DNA of 57,892 nt from Minisyncoccota bacterium (GCA_022842585.1 JALHPI010000002.1:1-57892); one strand, 5' to 3'; shown: positions 20,033 to 29,245, counted from the stretch's first letter. Numbers and translations: made by a program. Notes: generated by a model from the letters alone, not told the origin.

Positions 20033-20451
20033 AGGAACTACTGGCGCCGTACGGCGCCTTCATTACCTACACGCCGCTTCGCACGGAAGTTCCTTTCTTG
20101 GAGTATCTCACTCTCCCACAAACTGATATGATATATCATATCAGTCCACGTGCGTCTCTTGATCCGAGCGACGAAGCAAGAAAAGCCGTAGAACTCATTG
20201 GAGACACGCCGACCGCTATTTTTATCCCTGGCCGCTCCTTTGATGCATCTGGTACCCGCCACGGCCAGGGTGGAGGCTGGTATGACCGATTCCTAACTCA
20301 CGTCCCTGAAAAATGGCTCCGCATCGGCTTCTGCTACGAGAAGCAGTTTTCCGCCACCCCCTTGCTGCGGCAACCGTGGGACCAGCCTATGGACGCAGTC
20401 ATCGTCGTCGGCCCGCACGACACGCGCCTCATGCTCCCGGAAAAGAAGTGA
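20011..20451 (+). CDS. 5-formyltetrahydrofolate cyclo-ligase family (short)
   Basis: IPGRSFD..G.RHGQGGGWYDRFL...WDQPMD. Confidence 0.85.
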   Translation: MAQESKIEELLAPYGAFITYTPLRTEVPFLEYLTLPQTDMIYHISPRASLDPSDEARKAVELIGDTPTAIFIPGRSFDASGTRHGQGGGWYDRFLTHVPEKWLRIGFCYEKQFSATPLLRQPWDQPMDAVIVVGPHDTRLMLPEKK

Positions 20452-20498
20452 GCCGCCTGCATTTGCAGACGGCTCGTCTTTTTCGCGCACCCCGCTAT

Positions 20499-20705
20499 TT
20501 ACGGGCGCCGTGAACGGTTCCTCCACGCATGAATCATAATCATGACGGCTCCGAGGACCGCCACAGCCACGAATACCCAAGCGATGGAGTGCAGTATGTT
20601 CCTTCCGGTCTCGGTGTAGGCTGGTAGGCTCGCGAACGTGAAGAGCACGAGCGCAGCCACTACTGCGGCGAGAATGGCGATAATGCGATTTTTGATAACA
20701 GACAT
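20499..20705 (-). CDS. Small two-TM membrane protein
   Basis: MSVIKNRII... two hydrophobic helices, basic tail. Confidence 0.55.
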   Translation of the reverse strand: MSVIKNRIIAILAAVVAALVLFTFASLPAYTETGRNILHSIAWVFVAVAVLGAVMIMIHAWRNRSRRP

Positions 20706-20802
20706 TTCCTGCTCCGTGGCAGATACCCGACATCGGGCGTCCGCACACAGTATCGCTTCTCCAATGAAACGCAATATGATGCCCTGTGCTATCCTTTTCG
20801 AA

Positions 20803-21144
20803 ATGATTCTCCCGACCGCTCTCTTCCTCGTTCTCAGCTTTGCGGCATATCTCTTGATCTCTTTATTCGGCCATCTTACAGGCGGGGGCCCAGGCTCGTT
20901 CTGGGAGGATGTGCGGGCGGTTTTTATGCCCGTTCCGCTCCTTATCCTGCTCGCGAGCAACCTTCTCTTTGCCGCGGCGCTTTCTCACGGCTTCAAGGTG
21001 ACGCCGTACGCCATTCCAGCTTCAGTCGCTGTCGGCATCATTGCGTCGTTCGCGTATTCCGCGACAGTTCTTCATGCGAGCGTGACTCCGCTCAAGCTCT
21101 TTGCCATCGCAATCATCCTCGTCGGCGTCTACCTTCTCCGATAA
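20803..21144 (+). CDS. Small four-TM protein (SMR/EamA-like)
   Basis: Four hydrophobic helices ending KLFAIAIILVGVYLLR. Confidence 0.65.
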   Translation: MILPTALFLVLSFAAYLLISLFGHLTGGGPGSFWEDVRAVFMPVPLLILLASNLLFAAALSHGFKVTPYAIPASVAVGIIASFAYSATVLHASVTPLKLFAIAIILVGVYLLR

Positions 21145-21145
21145 T

Positions 21146-21643
21146 ATGCACCGTATATCTGCCATTGCTGCTATAGGGAAAAATACTCGCGTCCTCGGCA
21201 AGGACAATGACTTGGTATTCAAGATTCCAGAAGACTTGAAGCGTTTCCGCACGCTCACGAAAGGCCATCCCGTCATTATGGGACGAAAGACCTGGGAGTC
21301 GCTCCCTGAAGTCGCGCGCCCGCTCCCAAATCGAGCGAACTTCATCGTGACGCGCCAAGCCTCATATGTAGCGGAAGGCGCTACCGTCTCCCCCACCATT
21401 GAAGCGGCGATTGAGAGCGCAAAGAATGCGGATGGCTCTGACGAGATATTCATCATTGGTGGCGGCGAGTTGTATGCGCTCGCGCTCCCGTTTGTGGACC
21501 GCCTCTATCTCACGCTTGTGGACGCTGATGCTACGGGTGATGTGCATTTCCCCGAGTATCCGGAGTTCACGAAGGTAATTGAAAACGAAAAACACATCGA
21601 GCACGCTCCTCCATTTGAATACGTGACCCTCGAACGTCCATAA
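21146..21643 (+). CDS. folA: Dihydrofolate reductase
   Basis: PEDLKRFR.LT.GHPVIMGRKTWESL..RPLPNR.N, IIGGG. Confidence 0.97.
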   Translation: MHRISAIAAIGKNTRVLGKDNDLVFKIPEDLKRFRTLTKGHPVIMGRKTWESLPEVARPLPNRANFIVTRQASYVAEGATVSPTIEAAIESAKNADGSDEIFIIGGGELYALALPFVDRLYLTLVDADATGDVHFPEYPEFTKVIENEKHIEHAPPFEYVTLERP

Positions 21644-21645
21644 CA

Positions 21646-21676
21646 CAAAACCCCGCTTTCGCGGGGTTTTGTTTTT
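21646..21676. terminator. Bidirectional terminator between folA and rplK
   Basis: CAAAACCCCGC-TTTC-GCGGGGTTTTG. Confidence 0.85.
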
Positions 21677-21698
21677 ACGACGGTATGGTCGTTATTTT

Positions 21699-21782
21699 GC
21701 CTGATTTTTGCGGAGAGAGCCCGCGCAAAAACCATGCATAAGTGTCCACTAAAAACTCGTACCGAGTTTTTAGTTCCCCTTA
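21699..21782 (-). repeat. Repeat family C, copy 2 (3' of rplK)
   Basis: See 2978-3061. Confidence 0.85.
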
Positions 21783-22195
21783 ACTTCAATACCCATTGAG
21801 CGGGCGGTCCCTTCAATAATGCGGTCTGCCGCTTCAGGAGAACCTGCCGAGAGGTCAGGCATCTTCTGCTCTGCGATTTCACGGACCTGCGCCTTGGTGA
21901 GCGTTCCTGCCTTGCTTGAGCCCGGCTTCTGGGAAGCCTTTTCAAGACCAAGCTTCTTCAGGATAAGGCGGGATGCCGGAGGAGTCTTGAGGACGAAGGT
22001 GAACGTACGGTCTTCGTAGACGGAGAGGTCCACGGGGATGATGTCGCCCATCTTGTCGCGGGTCGCCTCGTTGAACTTGTTTACGAAGTCGCCGATGTTG
22101 ACGCCTGCGGGACCAAGTACGGTACCGACCGGAGGTGCAGGAGTTGCCTTCCCTGCGGGAATCTGGAGCTTGATGAGTTTTACTACTTTAGCCAT
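21770..22195 (-). CDS. rplK: 50S ribosomal protein uL11
   Basis: [37 protein letters not shown]. Confidence 0.99.
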   Translation of the reverse strand: MAKVVKLIKLQIPAGKATPAPPVGTVLGPAGVNIGDFVNKFNEATRDKMGDIIPVDLSVYEDRTFTFVLKTPPASRLILKKLGLEKASQKPGSSKAGTLTKAQVREIAEQKMPDLSAGSPEAADRIIEGTARSMGIEVKGN

Positions 22196-22215
22196 ATGAG
22201 TTTGATTAATCTACG

Positions 22216-22785
22216 TTAAATCTTCCGGATTTGCAAAAAGTCCAACTCCACCGGGGTTTCGCGGCCGAACATAGCGACGAGGACTTTGACCTTTCCGCGG
22301 TCCTCATCGATTTCCCCTACCTTGCCTTCAAGGTCCTTGAATGGGCCGTCGTTGATGATGACGGCATCGTCCTTAGTAAGGTCGATGCGGTGCTTCGGTG
22401 CTTCAGCCCCCATACGCTTCATGAGCGACGTGACTTCACTCTCTTCCATAGGGACTGGAGTTGTGCCGGAGCCGACGAAACCAGTAACGCGAGGGGTATT
22501 ACGCACGACGAACCAGGAGTCCTCGTCTACAATCATCTTTACGAGGATGTAGCCCGGATAAATCTTCTCTTCCTCGACGACGCGCTTCCCTCCCTTCACA
22601 CGGACTTTCTTTTCGGTCGGTACGACGACTTCGAAAATCTTCTTGTCCATACCAAGCGATTCTATGCGCTGTTTGAGGTTACGCTCTACGGCGTTTTCAT
22701 ACCCCGCGTAGGTATGGATGGTGTACCAGCTTGGAGTGCTGTTTGCGGCGTCTTCGTTGAACTGAGGTGCGGAGCGGGTGTCCAT
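22216..22785 (-). CDS. nusG: Transcription termination/antitermination factor NusG
   Basis: WYTIHTYAGYE, IYPGY, VRNTPRVTGFVG, KOW, FGRETPVEL. Confidence 0.98.
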   Translation of the reverse strand: MDTRSAPQFNEDAANSTPSWYTIHTYAGYENAVERNLKQRIESLGMDKKIFEVVVPTEKKVRVKGGKRVVEEEKIYPGYILVKMIVDEDSWFVVRNTPRVTGFVGSGTTPVPMEESEVTSLMKRMGAEAPKHRIDLTKDDAVIINDGPFKDLEGKVGEIDEDRGKVKVLVAMFGRETPVELDFLQIRKI

Positions 22786-22790
22786 AAGTA

Positions 22791-22973
22791 TTATCCAATG
22801 AGGGAACCGACAAGGTTGGTAAGTACGTAATCGAGCAAGCCAATGAATACGGCGACGATTGCAGAAATGAGTATGATGAGAAGCGTGTGCACGAGCGTGA
22901 CACGCGGTTTCGGCCAAACGATGTGCTGGAATTCGCCACGAACGTTCTTTAAATACGAGATGAAAGATTTCAT
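22791..22973 (-). CDS. secE: Preprotein translocase SecE
   Basis: EF..IVWP motif plus TM; secE-nusG-rplK synteny. Confidence 0.92.
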   Translation of the reverse strand: MKSFISYLKNVRGEFQHIVWPKPRVTLVHTLLIILISAIVAVFIGLLDYVLTNLVGSLIG

Positions 22974-23087
22974 AGGGGGAGTATTTTAAAACGCCCCTTC
23001 GGGCGCTTACAAGGACAAGCATACCAGAAAGAGAGGTTTCGTCAAACCAAACAAAATATGGCCCAATTGGGCCATATTTTGTAAGAA

Positions 23088-23208
23088 GCGCGTTCAAAAA
23101 TCTCTCAGATGCGAGGCGCGAGCGAGGACCGGTTCGAGCCGTACAAGACGTACGGTGAGAACTGGGCCGAAGCAAGCAACAAAGCAGGTGAGGATTTTGG
23201 TAGCGCGA
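23088..23208. repeat. Repeat family B, copy 2
   Basis: CAGATGCGAGGCGCG...CGTAC..GTACGGTGA...GCAACAAAGCAGGTG with imperfect terminal IR. Confidence 0.8.
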
Positions 23209-24015
23209 TTAGCGAATTTCGTAGGTGATCATCACCGTCACATTCGTCTCATGTTCCCCTGTCGGGAGTGATGGACGTGCGGGAGCGCTCATTTCGTTTG
23301 CCATCATGCCGCCTTTCGCGTACATGTCGTACATTGGGTAGTACCCTTGGTTTTCCGAGAAGGAAACCACCTTTCCAAGACTCACTCCGAGCTGGGCCGC
23401 AAGTGCCTTCGCTTTTGCTTTCGCGTTGTCGATGGCTTCCTTGCGCGCGTCGTTGCGGATGGCATCATCCTCGTCCACGGTGAAGTTCGGACCGGAGATG
23501 TTCTGAACGTTCAGAGTGCCAAGCGCCTGAAGCACGTCTCCAGCCTTGCCCGTTTCGCGGACTTTTACCTCAACCGTCTGAGACACTTGGTAGCCGATAA
23601 TCTTCGGGTTCTGGGAAGCCGGACACACGCCGCCGTAGCACGGCTGCGGGTACTCGTATTCAGGCGATACGTTGTACGCGATAGTCTTCACGTCTTTCTT
23701 TTCGACGCCGAGCCCATCAATTGCCGCAAGCGCCGCATCGGTCTTTTCCGTAGCTTTCTTTTGAGCATCGGCGACGGTGACTGCTTTTTCAGTGACGGAA
23801 AAATCAATCGTCGCGATGTTTGGAATGGTCGCTGCCTTGCCAGTGCCTTCGACCGTAATGGTGTTCATGTACGGGTTCTCGGAACGGCCGAGGTTACCGA
23901 AAGCGTTAATGGTAAGGGCGAGCAGGAAAAGAGCGAGTACGCCAAGCGCTGCGGTGGCCGCAAAGCGGACTGACTTGGTCGCCTTCACAAAGGTATCTCC
24001 AAAAGATTCGTTCAT
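23209..24015 (-). CDS. SIMPL/DUF541 (YggE-like) protein
   Basis: TITVEGTG..., EAIDNAKAKAKALA..LGV.LG.VVS..E, V.V.ITYEI. Confidence 0.92.
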   Translation of the reverse strand: MNESFGDTFVKATKSVRFAATAALGVLALFLLALTINAFGNLGRSENPYMNTITVEGTGKAATIPNIATIDFSVTEKAVTVADAQKKATEKTDAALAAIDGLGVEKKDVKTIAYNVSPEYEYPQPCYGGVCPASQNPKIIGYQVSQTVEVKVRETGKAGDVLQALGTLNVQNISGPNFTVDEDDAIRNDARKEAIDNAKAKAKALAAQLGVSLGKVVSFSENQGYYPMYDMYAKGGMMANEMSAPARPSLPTGEHETNVTVMITYEIR

Positions 24016-24051
24016 ACTAAATGGTTATGTGGTAATGCGGGGTTCACTATA

Positions 24052-25149
24052 TCACGACGAGCTTTCTCGCTTTTTATGACCGACAAGGGCGAGAACCGCA
24101 AGAATCGTCGCTATCGCTCCGGAGAATGACAGTGCGAGTCCTCCGGCAAGGATTTTTATCGCCTCAGCAGCAAACATTTCGCGGTTCAAAATGAAGAGGA
24201 GCGGCGCATCGCTCTGCGAGACAAGCATAAGAAGCGGGAGCGACGCTCCAGCGTACGCAAGCGGAAGCGTATTTACGACCGCACCGAGGTGGTGCTGACC
24301 TACTCGCATCGCCCGCATAAACACTGCCTTGCGCGAGAGGTTCGGGTTCGCTTCAGTTATTTCTGAAACAGTGTGGACTTGGGACACACTGATGTCGTTT
24401 AAAACGCCAACAATACCGATAAGTATTCCTCCGAGAAGAAGCCCTTCGAGGCTGAGCGCTCCTTTTGTTGCGAAGTTTAGAAATACCGTTTCGTCTGAAA
24501 CAAAACCTGAAAGTTTTGCCGAAGCGACGACCATTTCTGCAAACACTGCCGAGAGCGCGAGCGCGACCACACTTCCAAACAGTGCGACGAAGGTCGGGCG
24601 ATTGATGCCATGAGTGACAAGCATAGAAAACACGAGCATCACCATAGCGAGAACCACGCACGTAAGTATGGGTGGAGCACCTGCATAGAGAAGCGGAACC
24701 AGCCCGAACACGATAAGTGCGAGACTTCCAAACAGAGATATGAGCGCTCGTACCCCAGCACCTCCTCCGACAAGGATGGTTATGAGAATAAATGCTGCAG
24801 CAAGTAACCCGAGCGCACCCCGTCTATCAGGCTCCCCCACCGCCCATATATCAGCGCCGTCTTCAGTCTGGGTCGAATGAAGATAAAAAATATCCCCTGC
24901 GGAAAGCTGGACTGGAGAACTATTTTCCAAGGTGTGCAGCTCTCCCTCTCGGGCTCCTTCGATAATACGTACGGTCAGTTCCTGAAATTGGTCGCGTACC
25001 CCGGTCGCCTCAATGGCTCGCTCGCCTTCTTTCCCGACCTCCACTACCTGCGCACGAAAGACGCTCTCATGAAAAGGCGTTTCTTGCGCCTGCACGGAAA
25101 GTGGAGCAAAAAAGAGGCACGTAAGGAGTGCTAGTGTTAGGACGTTCAT
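24052..25149 (-). CDS. YibE/F family membrane protein
   Basis: GILIG..GVLND...SQ, G..HLG.VVNTL.LAYAGASLPL. Confidence 0.9.
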   Translation of the reverse strand: MNVLTLALLTCLFFAPLSVQAQETPFHESVFRAQVVEVGKEGERAIEATGVRDQFQELTVRIIEGAREGELHTLENSSPVQLSAGDIFYLHSTQTEDGADIWAVGEPDRRGALGLLAAAFILITILVGGGAGVRALISLFGSLALIVFGLVPLLYAGAPPILTCVVLAMVMLVFSMLVTHGINRPTFVALFGSVVALALSAVFAEMVVASAKLSGFVSDETVFLNFATKGALSLEGLLLGGILIGIVGVLNDISVSQVHTVSEITEANPNLSRKAVFMRAMRVGQHHLGAVVNTLPLAYAGASLPLLMLVSQSDAPLLFILNREMFAAEAIKILAGGLALSFSGAIATILAVLALVGHKKRESSS

Positions 25150-25577
25150 ACGCGTACAGCGCACTTTGTGCATACCCCAAAGAATTCAAGTGCATGGGAG
25201 TTGATACGCGAGAAGCGCACTGATTTCCGGACTTTTTCATCAAGCGATGGAGAAACGCACGTGGAGACATCTTCGATGCGTCCGCATGAAGTACAGATAG
25301 CATGGTGGTGGTGCTCCCCAGCAAGCTCGAACAATGCTCGATTGTGATCAATAGCAATCCGCCGCACCAAACCAAGAGCGGAAAGTGTTTCGAGGGTGCG
25401 GTACGCAGTGGTTAGGTCGAACTTCCCTGTACCGAGGGTATGTAACTCCTCTACCGAAACCGGGCGGTGCGTACGGGTGCGTAACAACTCTATAAGGAGC
25501 CTGCGCTGCGGCGTAGCGCGCAATCGCGCCGCACGCAGAAGCTCGAGCGTTTGGAGAGCCTTGTCCGGGCGAGCCAT
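25146..25577 (-). CDS. Fur-family regulator, probably Zur
   Basis: R.TPQR, TAYRTL, HHHHAICTSCG, C-terminal CxxC; divergent from a ZIP transporter. Confidence 0.9.
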   Translation of the reverse strand: MARPDKALQTLELLRAARLRATPQRRLLIELLRTRTHRPVSVEELHTLGTGKFDLTTAYRTLETLSALGLVRRIAIDHNRALFELAGEHHHHAICTSCGRIEDVSTCVSPSLDEKVRKSVRFSRINSHALEFFGVCTKCAVRV

Positions 25578-25616
25578 ATGTTCCCCATCATACCTCGTAG
25601 CGTACTATTTTCCACT

Positions 25617-25631
25617 TGCTAATGATTTGCA
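25617..25631. promoter_or_regulatory. Putative Zur/Fur box
   Basis: 7-1-7 dyad TGCTAAT-G-ATTTGCA (1 mismatch) between the divergent regulator and ZIP genes. Confidence 0.6.
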
Positions 25632-25660
25632 TCTAAAAATTAGGGTGCTAGGATATCTGC

Positions 25661-26515
25661 ATGGAACCAATCATCGGAAGTATTATCGCAGTAAGTGCTG
25701 TAAGTCTGGTATCGCTTGTCGGAATGGCTACGCTCTCCTTACAACAGGATGCCTTGCGCAAAGGCCTCTTTCTTTTGGTCGCACTCGCTGCGGGCGCCCT
25801 CATCGGCGACGCGTTCATCCACCTCATTCCAGAGGCGTTTGCGGAAGCAGGCACGAACGAGGTAGCAATCGCTATTCTCGCGGGTATTCTTTCTTTTTTC
25901 TTGCTTGAAAAGTTCCTCCATTGGCATCACAGCCATGGCGATGAGGAATTCTCTCCTGAGCACGGGAAGATTCATCCCCTTGGTTCCCTAGTACTCGTCT
26001 CTGACGGTATTCATAACTTCGTAGACGGTCTCGCCATCGGAGCTGCGTTCATGGTATCTCCCGAGATAGGTATCGCGACGACGATTGCCATAGCACTGCA
26101 TGAAATACCGCAGGAAATCGGTGACTTCGGGCTTCTCCTCCATGCGGGCTTCTCGCGCACAAAAGCGCTTCTTATGAACTTCCTTTCCGCACTCACCGCC
26201 TTCCTCGGTCTTGCGGTCGCCTTCTGGATTGGGGGAACCTTTGAGTCGCTTATCCCGCTCATTGCAGCGTTCACGGCAGGTATGTTCATCTATCTCGCGC
26301 TTGCAGACCTCGTCCCCGAGCTCCAGAAGACCAAACAGATGGGTCGTTCTTTCCTGCAGGTAGCAGTGATTATCGGAGGTATCGCCCTCATGTTCGGACT
26401 CACGGCGTTTGAAGGACACGGTCACTCGCATGAAGCAGTTCATGAGGATGCGCATAGCCCGCACGCAGATGAACACCACGAAGACGAATTACACCTTGAA
26501 GAGCATGGTCATTAG
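25661..26515 (+). CDS. ZIP family metal transporter
   Basis: HNFVDG, HEIPQEIGD, His-rich loop and tail. Confidence 0.95.
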   Translation: MEPIIGSIIAVSAVSLVSLVGMATLSLQQDALRKGLFLLVALAAGALIGDAFIHLIPEAFAEAGTNEVAIAILAGILSFFLLEKFLHWHHSHGDEEFSPEHGKIHPLGSLVLVSDGIHNFVDGLAIGAAFMVSPEIGIATTIAIALHEIPQEIGDFGLLLHAGFSRTKALLMNFLSALTAFLGLAVAFWIGGTFESLIPLIAAFTAGMFIYLALADLVPELQKTKQMGRSFLQVAVIIGGIALMFGLTAFEGHGHSHEAVHEDAHSPHADEHHEDELHLEEHGH

Positions 26516-26626
26516 TAGCAGGAAAAGGGGTGCGCTAGCAGAGATGGTGCACGGTAGTGAGTCTCTATAACAAACCCAGGGAAGGTCTTGCTTGCATTAC
26601 TTAGCGTGAGCTTCTGTTTCTGGGGC

Positions 26627-27253
26627 TCAAGTAACGATATACGCGTCGAATAGTTTTCGAACCGCGTCTTTTGCAAAGATTCTGAATGTTTTTATCATTT
26701 CGACTCGTTCAGAGTACTTTGATTGTCGATACGTGTTCTCAAAGACAGCCATGAGGGCTGACGCTTCCGCGGCAAGCTCAGCAAGCAGAGGAGGTATTTC
26801 GCCTTGCGGATTCTGAAAGTCTTCTCGTTTATGTTCCATTTGAGAAAAAAGTGCCATCATAGCAAAGCTGTTCAGAATACCCCCCATTTGGTTCCAATTA
26901 AACGCAGTCTTGTCTGCGCGCAGCTTTTCCGTACCGCTCAAGCTTTGAAGCTCCCACTCACGACGACGCTGATGGGCTTCTATAGGATCAAGTTCCGTGC
27001 CATCCTCGCCGAAATCAAACCCGTCACGCGAAAGCGGCCAAGTCAGGTATTCGAGTATTGATTCAATGTATTGCCTGACCTCTTCCGAAGACATTGGTGC
27101 TTTGAGCGCTTCATTTTGGAACGAATCGATTTCCGCCTCGTCACCAAACGTCTCAAAGACAACCTTTCGTCCTCCAAGCATCTGCTCTCCATAATATGGG
27201 GGAACATAGTCGCTTGTAAGACTAAGTTCTCCTGCTTCAAAATTATTGGCCAT
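26627..27253 (-). CDS. Hypothetical protein
   Basis: 208-aa ORF starting 3 nt after the upstream gene; no recognised motif. Confidence 0.65.
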   Translation of the reverse strand: MANNFEAGELSLTSDYVPPYYGEQMLGGRKVVFETFGDEAEIDSFQNEALKAPMSSEEVRQYIESILEYLTWPLSRDGFDFGEDGTELDPIEAHQRRREWELQSLSGTEKLRADKTAFNWNQMGGILNSFAMMALFSQMEHKREDFQNPQGEIPPLLAELAAEASALMAVFENTYRQSKYSERVEMIKTFRIFAKDAVRKLFDAYIVT

Positions 27254-27256
27254 ACC

Positions 27257-27925
27257 CTATTGAAGTTCGAGCGTCGAGAGCATCTGCAGAAGCGCTTTGT
27301 GCTCCGGGAGATTCCCCACAACGAGCTTCGGGTCCATCCATTCGGTAACGTCGCGTTCGATGATATCAAAGCGCAATACGCTTTTTTCGCGACCCAGATA
27401 GTACGAGCTCGCTACCTGCCCCTCAAATCGTTCTATAACCGTACCTTGAAACGTACGGCCATCAACCAGAACTGGTTTGAACTCCTTCATGTCTTTTGCC
27501 GGCTCACCTGAGGGCGAGAAGACCGTGTTCGCAAGTATCACGTCGTCTGCGGTTTTCCCTTCAGGAATCGGGTACTCGTACACAGTGAGGTAGTGAAACG
27601 AGCCATCAGTCGCGGGCTTCTGATAGAAGCCGAGCATATCCGGTAATTCCCCATCGGCTCCCGGCTCCTGGACGCCTGCCACATAGCCTTCAGGCAGGGC
27701 TAGCGCAATCTTCGCATCAGGGAATGCTACGTTCGGAAAGGCGCAGGGAGAGAACTCGCACGCGGGCCCCACCCTCCCTACCGAACTACCATCAGGACAA
27801 AGTTTTGCTTCTTCAGTACAAGCAACCGCCACCGGACCTCCGGTACGCTCCTGTACGTTTCGGTAGATAAAGCCGCCAATGCCGATAAGGATGATGAGGA
27901 CGATTCCTGCAACGAGTGATTTCAT
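27257..27925 (-). CDS. Membrane-anchored protein with CPR-type CTxEAKxCPDGS Cys motif
   Basis: N-terminal TM, ACTEEAKLCPDGSSVGRVGPACEFSPC. Confidence 0.8.
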   Translation of the reverse strand: MKSLVAGIVLIILIGIGGFIYRNVQERTGGPVAVACTEEAKLCPDGSSVGRVGPACEFSPCAFPNVAFPDAKIALALPEGYVAGVQEPGADGELPDMLGFYQKPATDGSFHYLTVYEYPIPEGKTADDVILANTVFSPSGEPAKDMKEFKPVLVDGRTFQGTVIERFEGQVASSYYLGREKSVLRFDIIERDVTEWMDPKLVVGNLPEHKALLQMLSTLELQ

Positions 27926-27950
27926 GACGGCAGTATACCCCGTTATAAAA

Positions 27951-27984
27951 GCAAAAACCGCCACCGTACGGTGGCGGTTTTTGT
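27951..27984 (-). terminator. Terminator after mscL
   Basis: CAAAAACCGCCACCG-TA-CGGTGGCGGTTTTTG. Confidence 0.8.
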
Positions 27985-27998
27985 ACCCTAAGAAAGGG

Positions 27999-28388
27999 TT
28001 ATTTTTTAAGAGAATCGCGAATCTGTTCGAGTACGACAAGTTCGTCACTCTTCTTCGGAGCCTCTACCGGAGCTTCTTTCGTCTTCTGAAGTTTATTGAG
28101 AACACGAAGCGCCATAAAGAGGACGAACGCAATGATAAGGAAGTCAAAGAGTGCCTGAATAAAGACGCCGTACTTTATGAGTACCGGTGCACCGATTCCT
28201 GTTTGAAGTGAAAATGCGAGGTCGGAGAAGTTCACTCCCCCGATAAGGAAGCCGATAGGCGGCATGATGATATCTTCGACGAGCGAAGAGACTATCTTGC
28301 CGAACGCGGTACCGATAATGACTGCAAGGGCGAGGTCGATGACGTTGCCGCGCATCGCGAACGCCTTGAATTCTTCGATGAGTTTCAT
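27999..28388 (-). CDS. mscL: Large-conductance mechanosensitive channel
   Basis: [42 protein letters not shown]. Confidence 0.98.
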   Translation of the reverse strand: MKLIEEFKAFAMRGNVIDLALAVIIGTAFGKIVSSLVEDIIMPPIGFLIGGVNFSDLAFSLQTGIGAPVLIKYGVFIQALFDFLIIAFVLFMALRVLNKLQKTKEAPVEAPKKSDELVVLEQIRDSLKK

Positions 28389-28418
28389 ACAGGGAGAGTG
28401 TAGCAAATCTATACTATT

Positions 28419-28494
28419 TGGGGCGACTACAGGGAATCGAACCCTGATTGAGAGCTCCACAAGCTCCAGTGTTAACCGTTACACCATAGTCGCC
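28419..28494 (-). tRNA. tRNA-His(GTG) with encoded G-1 and CCA
   Basis: Cloverleaf; anticodon arm GGAGC-TT-GTG-GA-GCTCT; GTTCGATTC. Confidence 0.95.
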
Positions 28495-28973
28495 ATGAAT
28501 TTCACCCGTTCGCCCTCATACTGATGTACCAGAAAATGGCAATTGTGGCAAAGCCACGCGAGATTTGTAAGTTTATTATTCTTTCGGTTCTTATCGATAT
28601 GATGAACGGCAAGAACTCTAGAATCGCTCGTTTTACAAAGTCTGCAAAGCTTTAGAATACGAGCTCGTGCAAGAACTACTCGATAGCTACTCTCGCCCGT
28701 CGTGAAGTTTTTATGCAATTCCCCGATATAGAGTTGATTACGCCATCGTGTCTGACAACTCTTGTTACAAAAAAACTTTCCACTTTTAGACCTATCGATA
28801 TCTTTCGCCTGTTTATAGGTACTTCTTCCGCATATTTCGCATGCTATATCTCTACCCTTCCGTAGGGTAGAACGATAACACTTAGTGGAGCAATACTTAC
28901 CAAATCCTTTCTGTATCCAAGACGGTTTTGAATAGAAGGGATTTTTACAGGTTACGCAGGCAACTTTCGGCAT
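28479..28973 (-). CDS. Zinc-ribbon-repeat HNH endonuclease
   Basis: CxxC..YCSxxC, CxxC..FCxxxC, then CxxC..VHHID.N..NN...NL..LCxNCH...H. Confidence 0.88.
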   Translation of the reverse strand: MPKVACVTCKNPFYSKPSWIQKGFGKYCSTKCYRSTLRKGRDIACEICGRSTYKQAKDIDRSKSGKFFCNKSCQTRWRNQLYIGELHKNFTTGESSYRVVLARARILKLCRLCKTSDSRVLAVHHIDKNRKNNKLTNLAWLCHNCHFLVHQYEGERVKFMATMV

Positions 28974-29053
28974 AGTACTAATTATAAAAGCCGATACATA
29001 AAACGGAGAGAAGTTGTGTTGTGGATATACACAAACCAAGCACTACACTATCT

Positions 29054-29245
29054 TTACGGATGTCTCTCGCGTACGAGGTACCAACCGAAGTACACAAAGA
29101 AAAGTATGATTTGGAGACTGAGTGCAGTGAGCGTTGCGTGCCAAAGCTCTCCGGTCGTAATCCAGAGAAATGCTCCTGTGACGATAAACGCGATGATACG
29201 CCACTCAAGAGACACTTCGAATGCTTTGAGGAGACGTTCTTTCAT
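29054..29245 (-). CDS. Small membrane protein (DUF2061-like)
   Basis: K.....WRIIA plus two TMs. Confidence 0.55.
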   Translation of the reverse strand: MKERLLKAFEVSLEWRIIAFIVTGAFLWITTGELWHATLTALSLQIILFFVYFGWYLVRERHP

